A DNA stretch of 64,000 nt from an uncultured delta proteobacterium (GTDB lineage Bacteria; Desulfobacterota; Desulfobacteria; Desulfobacterales; JAHEIW01). The stretch lies in NCBI GenBank assembly GCA_963706575.1, contig CAVPNL010000006.1, positions 448,001 through 512,000 of the forward strand, in the 5' to 3' direction. The translations under genes were made by a program, and so were the position numbers. The notes below the pieces were generated by a model. The model did not search any database and was not told the origin of the DNA. It saw only the letters and a program-made list of their open reading frames with translations. Below are positions 9,126 through 18,407 of this stretch, in pieces; position 1 is the first letter of the stretch, and each line of letters opens with the position of its first letter.

Positions 9126-11618
9126 TTAACCGCATTTATTGAAACCACAGAAATGACAGAGTATGCAGCCTTCCTCGAAACTGACCGTTTGACCACATTC
9201 CGGACACTTTTCACCCATAAGGCTGTATTGGGTCTTGTGATTTGCCATAACGGCATCCTCGGAAAGGTATCTTTTTTCCAGTACCCGGGCGATGGCATCG
9301 GGGATCGACAGCACCAATCCGCCATTTTGAAAGACCGGATGCTCACCACTGATACCTTTCAACTGATCCACGATGTCATCTACTTTTACGCCCGATCTCA
9401 GCGCCAGGGACGCCAGGCGGCCGATGGCTTCGGTCTTGGCGGTGGTGGATTTGCCGGATTTGCCGATGGTGGCAAAGACTTCAAAGGGTTTATTGTCATA
9501 TTCAGTGACGGTCACATAAAGATGGCCATAGCCGGTTTTCATCTTGGTGGTGAAACCATCGAGGGTCTCCGGTCGTTCTTTGACGGCCGTCATGAATTTG
9601 TTCCCGAGCTTTTCTTTGCGAGAAAATGATAATACCTGGTTTTCTTTGCTGCCGTCCCGATAAATGGTTACACCCTTGCAGCCCAGTTCATAGGCCAGAT
9701 TGTAAACTTTCATGACGTCGTCCACAGTGGCATCGTGAGGCAGATTAACGGTCTTGGATACGGCATTATCCGTGTAATTTTGAAAAGCTGCCTGCATGCG
9801 AATGTGCCAGTCCGGTGACACATCATGGGCGGTGACAAATACTTTACGCACATCTTTTGGTATTTGTTTGATTTTTTTGAGGCTGCCTCTTTTGGCAATT
9901 TCATCCATCAATTCACGGCTGTAAAAGCGCCGGTCATTGGCCACCTCTTCAAAATAGGGATTGACTTCCAGCAGTTTGTCGTTGTCCATTACATTGCGCA
10001 CAAAACTCAGTGCAAACAGGGGCTCGATGCCGCTGGAGCAGCCGGCGATAATGCTCAACGTACCGGTGGGAGCGATGGTGGTGCAGGTGGCGTTGCGCAG
10101 TTTGAGGCCCTGATCTTTGTATATGCTTTTTTCCCAGTTGGGAAATACCCCGCGCTCCTCCGCAAGATTCTGGGACGTTTCGTGGGCGTTTTCCTGCAAA
10201 AAACGCATGACCGTTTCGGCCGTCGCCAGCGCCTCCTCTGAGTTATAGGGAATTTTTAGCTGGTAGAGCATATCGGCAAACCCCATAACGCCCAGGCCGA
10301 TTTTGCGATTGCCGTGAACCATTTCATGAATTTCCGGCAGCGGGTATCTGGACATGTCGATGGTGTTATCTAAAAAACGAACTGTCGCGCTAACCAGCGC
10401 TTTTAACCCTTCATAATCGATCACCGGTCCGTCACCGTTTTCCAGCACAAATTTAGCCAGGTTGATCGATCCCAGATTACAGGCTTCCATGGGCAGCAGC
10501 GGCTGTTCGCCGCAGGGATTGGTGCTTTCGATATCACCCAGTTGCGGTGTGGGGTTGTCCTGGTTGATACGATCCAAAAAAATGATACCCGGATCTCCGT
10601 TTTTCCAGGCTTGCTTTACCAGGGTCTGATAAACCCCGGCAGCATTCAACGTGCCTACCGCACTTTGATCACGGGGGTCGATCAGGCTATATTCTTCTTC
10701 CTTGGCAGCGGCTTCCATAAATTTATCGGAAACGCCCACAGAAATGTTGAAATTATTGAGCTCGCTGTTGTCTTCTTTGCTGAATATGAATTCCATGATA
10801 TCCGGGTGATCCACCCGTAAAATTGCCATATTGGCCCCCCGGCGGGTACCCCCCTGTTTGACCTGTTCGGTGGCGGTGTTAAAAATTTTCATAAACGATA
10901 CCGGACCTGAGGCCACACCGCCGGTGGTGCCAACGGTGCTGTTTTTGGGGCGCAGCCGTGAAAACGCAAAACCGGTTCCGCCGCCGGATTTGTGAATCAG
11001 GGCGGCATGGTGCAGAGCCCCGAAAATGCCTTCCATGCTGTCCTCGACCGGCAGGACAAAACAGGCGGCCAGCTGCCCCAGCCGGCGTCCGGCATTCATC
11101 AGGGTAGGGGAATTGGGTAGAAATTTACCTTCGGTCATTATGGCATAGAAGGTTTCCTCCCACATTTCGACCTGTTCGTTGGATGGTTTGCCGTAATTTT
11201 TCTCCGCCTTGGCGATGTGTCGAGCCACCCGCCGAAACATTTGCCCGGGGGTTTCAATTACCTTGCCCTTGTGGTTTTTTTTCAAATAGCGTCTTTTTAA
11301 TACCCGGGTGGCATTTTCGGAGAGATTCAGGCGGTTTTTGATAAAAATCGATTTATCCAGGCGAATCGGTGAAGGTTTAGTCAGCCCGAATTCCATTAAC
11401 TTGGCTTCGATCATTTTTTCGATAAACGAGACCGGGATGGTGCTAATTTCCAGTTTGGAAATATCTTCACGCAGGGACTGGCTGATACCCAGGGCCTGAT
11501 CGGTGTCAATCGGATTTTCACGGATGAGAATATCGCTAAAAAGCTGATCATCCCAGGTGTAGGTGCCCAGATCAAAACTGCCTTCGTTGGTAACTAAAAA
11601 TTTGCCTTTCTGCCCCAT
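9126..11618 (-). CDS. nrdJ: Adenosylcobalamin-dependent (class II) ribonucleotide reductase
   Basis: PNSPTLMNAG, TNPCGEQPL and TIAPTGT motifs; C-terminal TSCPD-like domain and Zn-ribbon; no beta-subunit gene nearby. Confidence 0.93.
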   Translation of the reverse strand: MGQKGKFLVTNEGSFDLGTYTWDDQLFSDILIRENPIDTDQALGISQSLREDISKLEISTIPVSFIEKMIEAKLMEFGLTKPSPIRLDKSIFIKNRLNLSENATRVLKRRYLKKNHKGKVIETPGQMFRRVARHIAKAEKNYGKPSNEQVEMWEETFYAIMTEGKFLPNSPTLMNAGRRLGQLAACFVLPVEDSMEGIFGALHHAALIHKSGGGTGFAFSRLRPKNSTVGTTGGVASGPVSFMKIFNTATEQVKQGGTRRGANMAILRVDHPDIMEFIFSKEDNSELNNFNISVGVSDKFMEAAAKEEEYSLIDPRDQSAVGTLNAAGVYQTLVKQAWKNGDPGIIFLDRINQDNPTPQLGDIESTNPCGEQPLLPMEACNLGSINLAKFVLENGDGPVIDYEGLKALVSATVRFLDNTIDMSRYPLPEIHEMVHGNRKIGLGVMGFADMLYQLKIPYNSEEALATAETVMRFLQENAHETSQNLAEERGVFPNWEKSIYKDQGLKLRNATCTTIAPTGTLSIIAGCSSGIEPLFALSFVRNVMDNDKLLEVNPYFEEVANDRRFYSRELMDEIAKRGSLKKIKQIPKDVRKVFVTAHDVSPDWHIRMQAAFQNYTDNAVSKTVNLPHDATVDDVMKVYNLAYELGCKGVTIYRDGSKENQVLSFSRKEKLGNKFMTAVKERPETLDGFTTKMKTGYGHLYVTVTEYDNKPFEVFATIGKSGKSTTAKTEAIGRLASLALRSGVKVDDIVDQLKGISGEHPVFQNGGLVLSIPDAIARVLEKRYLSEDAVMANHKTQYSLMGEKCPECGQTVSFEEGCILCHFCGFNKCG

Positions 11619-11878
11619 TGCGCTGCTCCTGATTCAAGAAAATGATGTTTATTGGAAAATGGAATTGGACACTGCCTTGCCACCGTATTTAGGGAATAAA
11701 AACCCTCAGCTATCTAAGCGATAGCCATCTTTCACTGTATTGCTTTGAGGAATTGTAACCCAATTGAAAAGACGTGATACGGCTAAATGGAAATCGTTTC
11801 GCTGCAAAAAATTGGATAATAATTATCCGCTTAGGATCGCTCTGACCAGAGCCCAGGATGATCCGGTTTTCCGAATTA

Positions 11879-11931
11879 GCCTATCATATAGTGCAGTTAT
11901 CATTTATCTCATACAATATGTTGTATGTCAA
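11879..11931 (-). promoter_or_regulatory. Tandem NrdR boxes overlapping a putative nrdJ promoter
   Basis: ATACAATATGTTGTAT (11911-11926) matches the NrdR consensus acaCwAtATaTwGtgt; a weaker box lies 32 bp away (11879-11894); minus-strand TTGACA at 11926-11931. Confidence 0.7.
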
Positions 11932-12051
11932 GGAAAAATATAACGCCGTTTTGCGGTTACTAGTCATTTGCTGGGCAAATACCTAGTATTAAATCAGAGA
12001 ATTAAAAGGAATGATGGTTAAATTTTCCAGGCGGGCAACATTTATCATGGT

Positions 12052-12085
12052 AAAAAAGGGCAGGGCCTGTTTGGCCCTGCCCTTT
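12052..12085 (-). terminator. Rho-independent terminator of the porin-lipoprotein operon
   Basis: aaagggcagggcc-tgttt-ggccctgcccttt stem with a U-tract on the minus strand. Confidence 0.8.
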
Positions 12086-12161
12086 AAACGAAACACCTGT
12101 AGGGGCCGGCTAACTTACCTTAGCCGATCAGGTCTGGAAGCATCAGAGTGAATTCAACAGT

Positions 12162-12650
12162 TTATTGCCCCTGTTGCTTTTTCCATTCCTGATAGGCCTT
12201 CCATTCCTTCCACTCCAGGAATTCCTGATATTCGGCTTTCCCCTTTGCCGATTTTTTCCATTCCTGAAATTCCTGGAAACTTTTTTGCTCTTTTTTCCAT
12301 TCCTGAAATTCCTGGAATTCCTTGGCCGCTTCAGGTGTTACCTGAGGTTCTTTGGATGTCTGATCAGTAGCCACCCGGGTTGTTTCAGAAGGCTTGCTTG
12401 AAGCTGCCTGGGCCTCTTCGGAAGCTTCCTCGGATTTCTCCTGCTGACGCTTCCAGAAGCCCCCCCCTTTCTTGGAGTCATAGATGGTAAATTCGCCTTC
12501 TTCCCCGGTAAAGACACCGGGACCTTCCTTCATTTCGCCGGCGGTTTGCTCGAATTCCGCGGGCCGGCCTTTGGCCCCGCAGCCTATAATCAGCGCCGCT
12601 GCCAGAACGATCCCAAAAAATGTTGTCAGGGTTAATCTCACGTGACGCAT
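12162..12650 (-). CDS. Hypothetical lipoprotein with C-terminal (F/Y)QE(F/W)xEWK repeats
   Basis: Signal peptide with lipobox IIGC; 13 bp downstream of the porin stop. Confidence 0.8.
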   Translation of the reverse strand: MRHVRLTLTTFFGIVLAAALIIGCGAKGRPAEFEQTAGEMKEGPGVFTGEEGEFTIYDSKKGGGFWKRQQEKSEEASEEAQAASSKPSETTRVATDQTSKEPQVTPEAAKEFQEFQEWKKEQKSFQEFQEWKKSAKGKAEYQEFLEWKEWKAYQEWKKQQGQ

Positions 12651-12663
12651 AATAACCTTTCTC

Positions 12664-13764
12664 TTAGAATTTTACCCGGCTGCCGATCATGACTGCGTGC
12701 ACCTTTTCTAGACCGTTGACGCCTTCACGGTCCAGATCGTGAAGGCGATAAGAGCCGTAAAGCTCCACGCTATTCCAGGGATTCCACACGGCGGCGGCCC
12801 CGTAAGACGTAGCCTCATCATTGATAGCGCCCACATCTTCTGAGTAGGTATAATCAACCGAGAAGGCCCATTTGTCAAATTTATAGCCCAATTTGCCATA
12901 GAGGTTATAGGGTTCGTCATCACCGGGTGTATCATAGCGGTTAGCGCCGGAAAATGTCAGATTTAATCCGGAGCTGTGCAGAAAAGAGATCGAACCGCTG
13001 TATTGCCTATAGGAATCACGGTTTGTATCAGCGGGCAGCCAGCTGACTGCGGCCGCAAGCTTGCCGAAACCATCCCATTCCATCGCAAAGCGCCCGGCAA
13101 GGTCATAGGATTGGCCGTTCATGTAACTGGCTGAAAAATAAACCGGGCCGAACTTGGGCGTATCGTAGCGGATGCGGTCGCGACGGCTGAATCCGTCAAA
13201 GTTGTTGAAAGCATCAGCTATGGAGACGACAATGACATCATCGTCGGTGCGAAAATAGAACGCGCCGGCTAGGTCTTCGATGGACGAATAGTTGACCACC
13301 GTGGTGCCGGACAGGTCCACTTCCGATGTGCCGTTTGAGGCGGTGTCGCCCTGGCCTAAAGAAATTTTACCGAATTTACCATGCTCGACGTAAATGTCCA
13401 TATGGCGCTCGGTGAAAGTGACATTGCCGAGGTCGCCATTTTCACCGATATCGAGGTCCCCGACGCCATTACCGTCGTCGTCGTCATCGTCAACAGAAGA
13501 ATTTGACTCCATCTGGTTTTCCCATATGAAGCCGACTTTCCAATTTTCATCAAATTCATTGGACCCCGTAAAACGAAAACGGGTCGATGAGTTTTCATTG
13601 TCCACGAATTTGACATCGTCGTTATTGCCGTTGTCGCCCCAGAGGACGGCGCGGTTGACCTGCCCGGAGACCTTAAAATCGACCGCCTGGGCTGCAGGTA
13701 GAATAAACAGGATGGTGATTGCCATTGTCAATGTAAAAATGCCTAATTGTGAATATTTCTTCAT
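12664..13764 (-). CDS. Gram-negative porin
   Basis: Signal peptide, SGQVNRAVL, SRRDRIRYDTPKF and a C-terminal Phe (GSRVKF). Confidence 0.88.
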   Translation of the reverse strand: MKKYSQLGIFTLTMAITILFILPAAQAVDFKVSGQVNRAVLWGDNGNNDDVKFVDNENSSTRFRFTGSNEFDENWKVGFIWENQMESNSSVDDDDDDGNGVGDLDIGENGDLGNVTFTERHMDIYVEHGKFGKISLGQGDTASNGTSEVDLSGTTVVNYSSIEDLAGAFYFRTDDDVIVVSIADAFNNFDGFSRRDRIRYDTPKFGPVYFSASYMNGQSYDLAGRFAMEWDGFGKLAAAVSWLPADTNRDSYRQYSGSISFLHSSGLNLTFSGANRYDTPGDDEPYNLYGKLGYKFDKWAFSVDYTYSEDVGAINDEATSYGAAAVWNPWNSVELYGSYRLHDLDREGVNGLEKVHAVMIGSRVKF

Positions 13765-14237
13765 CTTAAACGCCTCCTATTAATTAGGGATTATTTAAAT
13801 CGGCATTAATTAATGCCTTATTTTTCTATTTGATTCACCTCCTTTCCGTTACGGGTTTTTTAACAACGTATAAACAAGCAGCCTTAATCTCTATCGGATG
13901 CTGATGAGCATTTAATACGTGTGCGTAAATCTATTGTCGCAGATAGATGACGGCTGCAAAAGGCCGTGCGGCAACAGGTTTGATTCAGCGTGTATATTGG
14001 ATTCGCAAACAAAGACCCGATACCTTTAATTTGTACAATTATTTCGGTATCAAAAGGAATCGTTTTGATCAATATTTTTTGTACCGCATTGTGGTGTTGA
14101 CTTGCGTGTTTGGATCTGATTTCGCCCCGAATGGCCAGGGTAAATGTTTGAAGTTAGGAAAATGTTAAATTCAAATTTAGACCTTCAACACCTGCCACGA
14201 TCAGATGGATAGGACCCCGGGCGGCGAGCTTCAAATT

Positions 14238-14642
14238 CTATGCAGGCGTGTTGGGGGCATTTTCAGAATCTGCCAACACCGACTCAACAAATTTCAGAAT
14301 CTTTTCACTGTTCCAATCATCTTTGGGGATCAGATATTCCACACCGCATGCTGCGGCTGCCGCCTGATATTCAGGCGAATCAAAACCTGCAAATGTGGCA
14401 ATGATGATTTTCGGATAAGAGGCCTTGATCTTTTTGGCTAAATCGAAACCGCTGATATCCGACAAATAAATGTCGATAAAGATCAGCTGGGGGGCAAATG
14501 CGGCCACCTTTTGAAGTCCTTCAGCCCCGGAACCGGTCTGCTGGATTTCAGCTGCCGGAAAGCGGGCGAAAAGGCTTTTCCCCAGGGATTTGCGAAACAA
14601 CGTATTTGAATCAATGATCAAAATTTTAAACATATCCATCAT
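14238..14642 (-). CDS. Single-domain response regulator (receiver only)
   Basis: KILIID...LIFIDIYLSDISGFDL...IPKD receiver pattern; start uncertain. Confidence 0.8.
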   Translation of the reverse strand: MMDMFKILIIDSNTLFRKSLGKSLFARFPAAEIQQTGSGAEGLQKVAAFAPQLIFIDIYLSDISGFDLAKKIKASYPKIIIATFAGFDSPEYQAAAAACGVEYLIPKDDWNSEKILKFVESVLADSENAPNTPA

Positions 14643-14811
14643 GGCTTTACTAAAAAAAAACATCATGATAAATACAGTAAACACTGTATATTCGGCGCAA
14701 TAACGCAGTATATTTTATGAAGCATAGTAGGGCCACGCTGTATATGCTGCCATCATTGAGCGCGGTTTGCCCTGTATCTTGAAACCCTGGTGTCGTAAAC
14801 GGCGGCGCAAT

Positions 14812-15468
14812 ATGGATAAAAAAGTCAGAATTGTCCTGGCGGAGGATCATACCATTTTAAGGGAAGGTTTGCGGGCCCTGTTGTCCGCCGACACCAAATT
14901 TGAAATCGTCGGTGAAGCCGCTGATGGACGCCAGGCTGTTCGGGCGGTTGAAAAGCTGGGCCCGGACCTGGTGATGATGGACCTGTCAATGCCCCGAATG
15001 ACGGGCATGGACGCCATCAGAGAAATTAAAAAGCGGTATCCTGAGACGAAGATAATTGCCCTGACAGTTCACAAAACCGAAGAATATCTGCGGACGACGC
15101 TGCAGGCCGGAGCGAATGCCTATGTCTTAAAAGATGCCACTCGCGACGAGCTTTTAATGGCCATTGAAAACGTCTTGCAAGGCAAAACCTATCTCAGCCC
15201 GGGGGTGTCCGAGAAGGTGATAGAAGGGTATTTGGAAGGAAAAGAGAGCCGTCTGCCCAGTACAACCCTGGGGTTGCTCTCGCCCCGCGAGCGGGAGGTC
15301 TTAAAGCTGATCGCCGAAGGATATAAAAACAAAGAAATTGCCGTCGATCTTTGCATCAGTTTAAAAACCGTTGAAAAACACCGGGCCAACCTGATGAAAA
15401 AACTGGATCTGCACAATGCCGCCGCGCTGACGGCGTATGCCATTGAGCAGGGGCTGGTAGAATACTAG
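14812..15468 (+). CDS. NarL/LuxR family DNA-binding response regulator
   Basis: LAEDH, MMDLSMP, LSPREREVLKL and SLKTVEKHRANLMKKL motifs. Confidence 0.93.
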   Translation: MDKKVRIVLAEDHTILREGLRALLSADTKFEIVGEAADGRQAVRAVEKLGPDLVMMDLSMPRMTGMDAIREIKKRYPETKIIALTVHKTEEYLRTTLQAGANAYVLKDATRDELLMAIENVLQGKTYLSPGVSEKVIEGYLEGKESRLPSTTLGLLSPREREVLKLIAEGYKNKEIAVDLCISLKTVEKHRANLMKKLDLHNAAALTAYAIEQGLVEY

Positions 15469-15469
15469 C

Positions 15470-15626
15470 CGGATTTCGGAATGGGGATTTCGGATTGCGG
15501 ATTTGTTGAAAGAAGGAAAATGACGAACTCGTTGCTATTTTTTGTATCATATATCAAAACAGCAAAAAAATAACCAAATAACGTTTTATTTTAAAATCCC
15601 AAATCCGCAATCTGCAATCCGAAATC
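15470..15626. repeat. Inverted pair of 7-bp-period tandem repeats
   Basis: cggatttcggaatggggatttcggattgcggattt ... aaatcccaaatccgcaatctgcaatccgaaatc, filling the gap between two convergent stop codons. Confidence 0.75.
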
Positions 15627-18082
15627 TAACGGACCCACTTTATTCTTATCGTCGTTCCTTCCCCTATTGCCGAATCAATGCTAAAGCTGGCACCGGACAA
15701 CTCGGCCCGTTCCCGCATACTGGCCAGACCGAACCCCCTGCGAGATGTTTTTAAAGCCATGGCTTTGTCCAGATTAAATCCCCGCCCGTTATCCTGGATG
15801 CTCAGATTCAAATGGCTTTCTGTTTTTTTCAACTGCAGCTGAACAAAATTCGCCTGGCTGTGTTTGGCGACATTATTTAGAGCTTCCTGCATAATGCGGT
15901 AAATCGTTGTCTTCAGATGCGGAGAGACGTCATTTTCTTCAACGCCAATGGTGGTTTCGATCCGGATTCCGGCGTAAACATTTTGAAATTCCCGGCAAAA
16001 CCAGCGAATGGTTGCCAGAATTCCCAGATCGTCCAGAATAGAAGGCCGCAAATCTTTTACGATTCTGCGGACCTCTTCAATGGTTTTCTGAGTCAAGGGG
16101 ATGATGGCTTCCAGAGATCCCAGGTCAAAAGGATTGGCCGCAGCACGCTGTTCCAGCAGTGCGTTTTCCACGCTAAACTTAATGGCGCTTAAAGCCTGGC
16201 CGATACCGTCATGCAGCTCCCGGGCAATCCGTTTTCTTTCCTTTTCTTCTGCCGACAGAAGCTGATTGGACAGGACGCGCAATTCCTTATCTGATTTCCG
16301 CAGCGCCTCTTCCGCCCTGCGGCGTTTGCTGATATCGGCCACAATTCCTGAAATGGCCGGATGCCCTTTATACGTAATTTGTGACAGGCTTCTCATCACC
16401 CAGATAATGTCGCCGTTTTTTTTCAAGCCTTTGCTTTCATATTCAGCCGGCACTTTTTCGCCCTTGAGCCTTTTTTCTCTTAATTTTTTGACCAGCGGCC
16501 GGTCATCCGGGTGGACCAGGTCCAAGGAGTCCATGCCGAGTAATTCATCTTTGGCATAGCCATAGATGTCGGCAAACTTTTCATTTAGAAATTTAATTTT
16601 TCCTTCCTGAATAATGTAAACGCCGATCAATGCATCTTCAACCAGAGTGGCGTATTTTAGTTCGGATTCCCGTAGCGCCAGCTGGGCCAGCTCACATTCG
16701 TCAATCTGTCTTCGTAACTGAATATTCGTTTTCCCCAGTTCAGCGGTGCGCACATCTACCCGTTGTTCGAGCTCGTCGCGAGCCGCCTGGAGCTCTTTTT
16801 CGGCCTGCTTGCGTTCGCTGATGTCGCGAATAATGGCCGTAAAAAAAATACCCTCCTTGGTTTCCCAGTTTGCAAGGGACAGCTCCAGCGGAAATTCACT
16901 GGCGTCTTTTCTGAGCCCGACCAGCTCAAGGATGTTTCCGGTTATTTTGGGTTTTTTGCGTAAGGCCGCCTGTTTTAATCCCCGTTGATGGGTTTCTCGA
17001 AACCGTTCGGGCATAATCACTGCAACGGGTTGACCGATCACTTCGCCGGCCTTATAGCCGAACATCAATTCGGCCTTTTGATTCCAGAAAATAATCCTGC
17101 CGTTGCCGTCGACGGTGACGATGGCGTCAATGGCGGTTTCCACCACGGAGCGGAAGCGTTCTTCGCTGTGTTCCAGTGATTCCAGGGTGCGGCTATTTAA
17201 AAGGGCCACCGATGCAAACTCGCTGAAACCGGTAGCAATGCGGGCATCATGTTCGGTGAATCCACCGGGCTTGTTGGCCAGGCCAAGTAATCCGACGGCC
17301 CTGTCGTCGATGACCAGGGGCGCAAACAATACATTTTCGAGCACAACGTGCCCGCCGGGCAAAAAATCCACCCATTTGCTTTTAGAAAAGCGGTTGTCAA
17401 AAACGGTTTGACAGGAGCGGTAGGCTTTTTCACGTAAACCCCGTATCGGCATCGGAAGGGAGGGGTCCACCGTGCAGGATAGTCCGCCGGCGTCCAGATG
17501 CAACAGATCATTTTCACTGCCGTCCGGGGTGAGTAAAGCCACATAACCGGCTTTGGCGCCGATCAGATTCTTGCAGGAATTGAATATGGATTTGGCGGAA
17601 TCTTTAAATTCACGATATTGCAGAACGGCCTGGGAACTTTCAAGCAGGGCCGTTACCTCCTTGGCCTGCTGATGGGATTTGTCAAGTGCATTGCATAACG
17701 CATCTTCGGCTTGTTTGCGGTCGGTGATGTCGGTGATGGCGGTGTTAAATTGCCGGCCATTTAAACTGTCATCCGCCATAACCGCAATGCTTTCAAGTTG
17801 GGCCCAAAAAAGGGATTGGTTTGCTTTAAACACTTGCAAATCATAGGTTTCGCGGTTGCCGGATTCAAGAACTTTTTTACAGTGATGCAAAAAGCCGGCC
17901 TGAAAACCGTCAGCAATGAATTTTGTAAACTTTTGGTCTATTAAATCCGATCTGTCTGCTCCCAGAAGCCGGGCACCGGTGGGGTTAACTTCCAGGATGC
18001 GACCCTCCGGCCCCAAGGTAAAAAAGCCGATGGGAACGAATTCGAACATGTCCGCATAGCGTCTATTAAATCCAGCTTTCAT
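15626..18082 (-). CDS. PAS/GAF sensor histidine kinase (HisKA_3, NarX-like)
   Basis: Three PAS domains and a GAF; ERKRIARELHDGIGQ, QEALNNVAKHS and DNGRGF motifs. Confidence 0.92.
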   Translation of the reverse strand: MKAGFNRRYADMFEFVPIGFFTLGPEGRILEVNPTGARLLGADRSDLIDQKFTKFIADGFQAGFLHHCKKVLESGNRETYDLQVFKANQSLFWAQLESIAVMADDSLNGRQFNTAITDITDRKQAEDALCNALDKSHQQAKEVTALLESSQAVLQYREFKDSAKSIFNSCKNLIGAKAGYVALLTPDGSENDLLHLDAGGLSCTVDPSLPMPIRGLREKAYRSCQTVFDNRFSKSKWVDFLPGGHVVLENVLFAPLVIDDRAVGLLGLANKPGGFTEHDARIATGFSEFASVALLNSRTLESLEHSEERFRSVVETAIDAIVTVDGNGRIIFWNQKAELMFGYKAGEVIGQPVAVIMPERFRETHQRGLKQAALRKKPKITGNILELVGLRKDASEFPLELSLANWETKEGIFFTAIIRDISERKQAEKELQAARDELEQRVDVRTAELGKTNIQLRRQIDECELAQLALRESELKYATLVEDALIGVYIIQEGKIKFLNEKFADIYGYAKDELLGMDSLDLVHPDDRPLVKKLREKRLKGEKVPAEYESKGLKKNGDIIWVMRSLSQITYKGHPAISGIVADISKRRRAEEALRKSDKELRVLSNQLLSAEEKERKRIARELHDGIGQALSAIKFSVENALLEQRAAANPFDLGSLEAIIPLTQKTIEEVRRIVKDLRPSILDDLGILATIRWFCREFQNVYAGIRIETTIGVEENDVSPHLKTTIYRIMQEALNNVAKHSQANFVQLQLKKTESHLNLSIQDNGRGFNLDKAMALKTSRRGFGLASMRERAELSGASFSIDSAIGEGTTIRIKWVR

Positions 18083-18105
18083 GAATCCCCTCGAATGATT
18101 TTGGA

Positions 18106-18407
18106 TTAGAACCGATCTCTAAATTAACGGTTCATCTTCAAAGGCAAAAAAAAGTTCCCAAGGTGCTCTAAAGTTAGAAGTGCCTAAAATGCCTAAAATG
18201 AGCTAAAATGCCTAAAGTTGAGGAATTCTACCCGTCGAGAGCCTCAGGGTCGAACGATCATATTTATAATAAAAGATGGAACGCAGCGAGACCATAATTT
18301 TAGGCATTTTAGCTCATTTTTAATTTTAGCTCATTTGTTGTTAGCCTTTTTTATAGGTTTAAAACTGTAACATTGGGTGCTAAATGCATTTTTGAGATAG
18401 CTTCTAG
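18106..18407. mobile_element. MITE-like composite element, copy 2 (core inverted relative to copy 1)
   Basis: Ends ttagaaccgatctctaaa / ttttgagatagcttctag; left arm identical to copy 1 over ~58 bp; right end overlaps the dinB TAG stop. Confidence 0.7.

Noticed and set aside
13802..13845. Perfect palindrome ggcattaattaatgcc and an orphan AAGGAGGTGA upstream of the porin
   Set aside because: Single occurrence in AT-rich DNA with no properly spaced start codon; no function can be supported.
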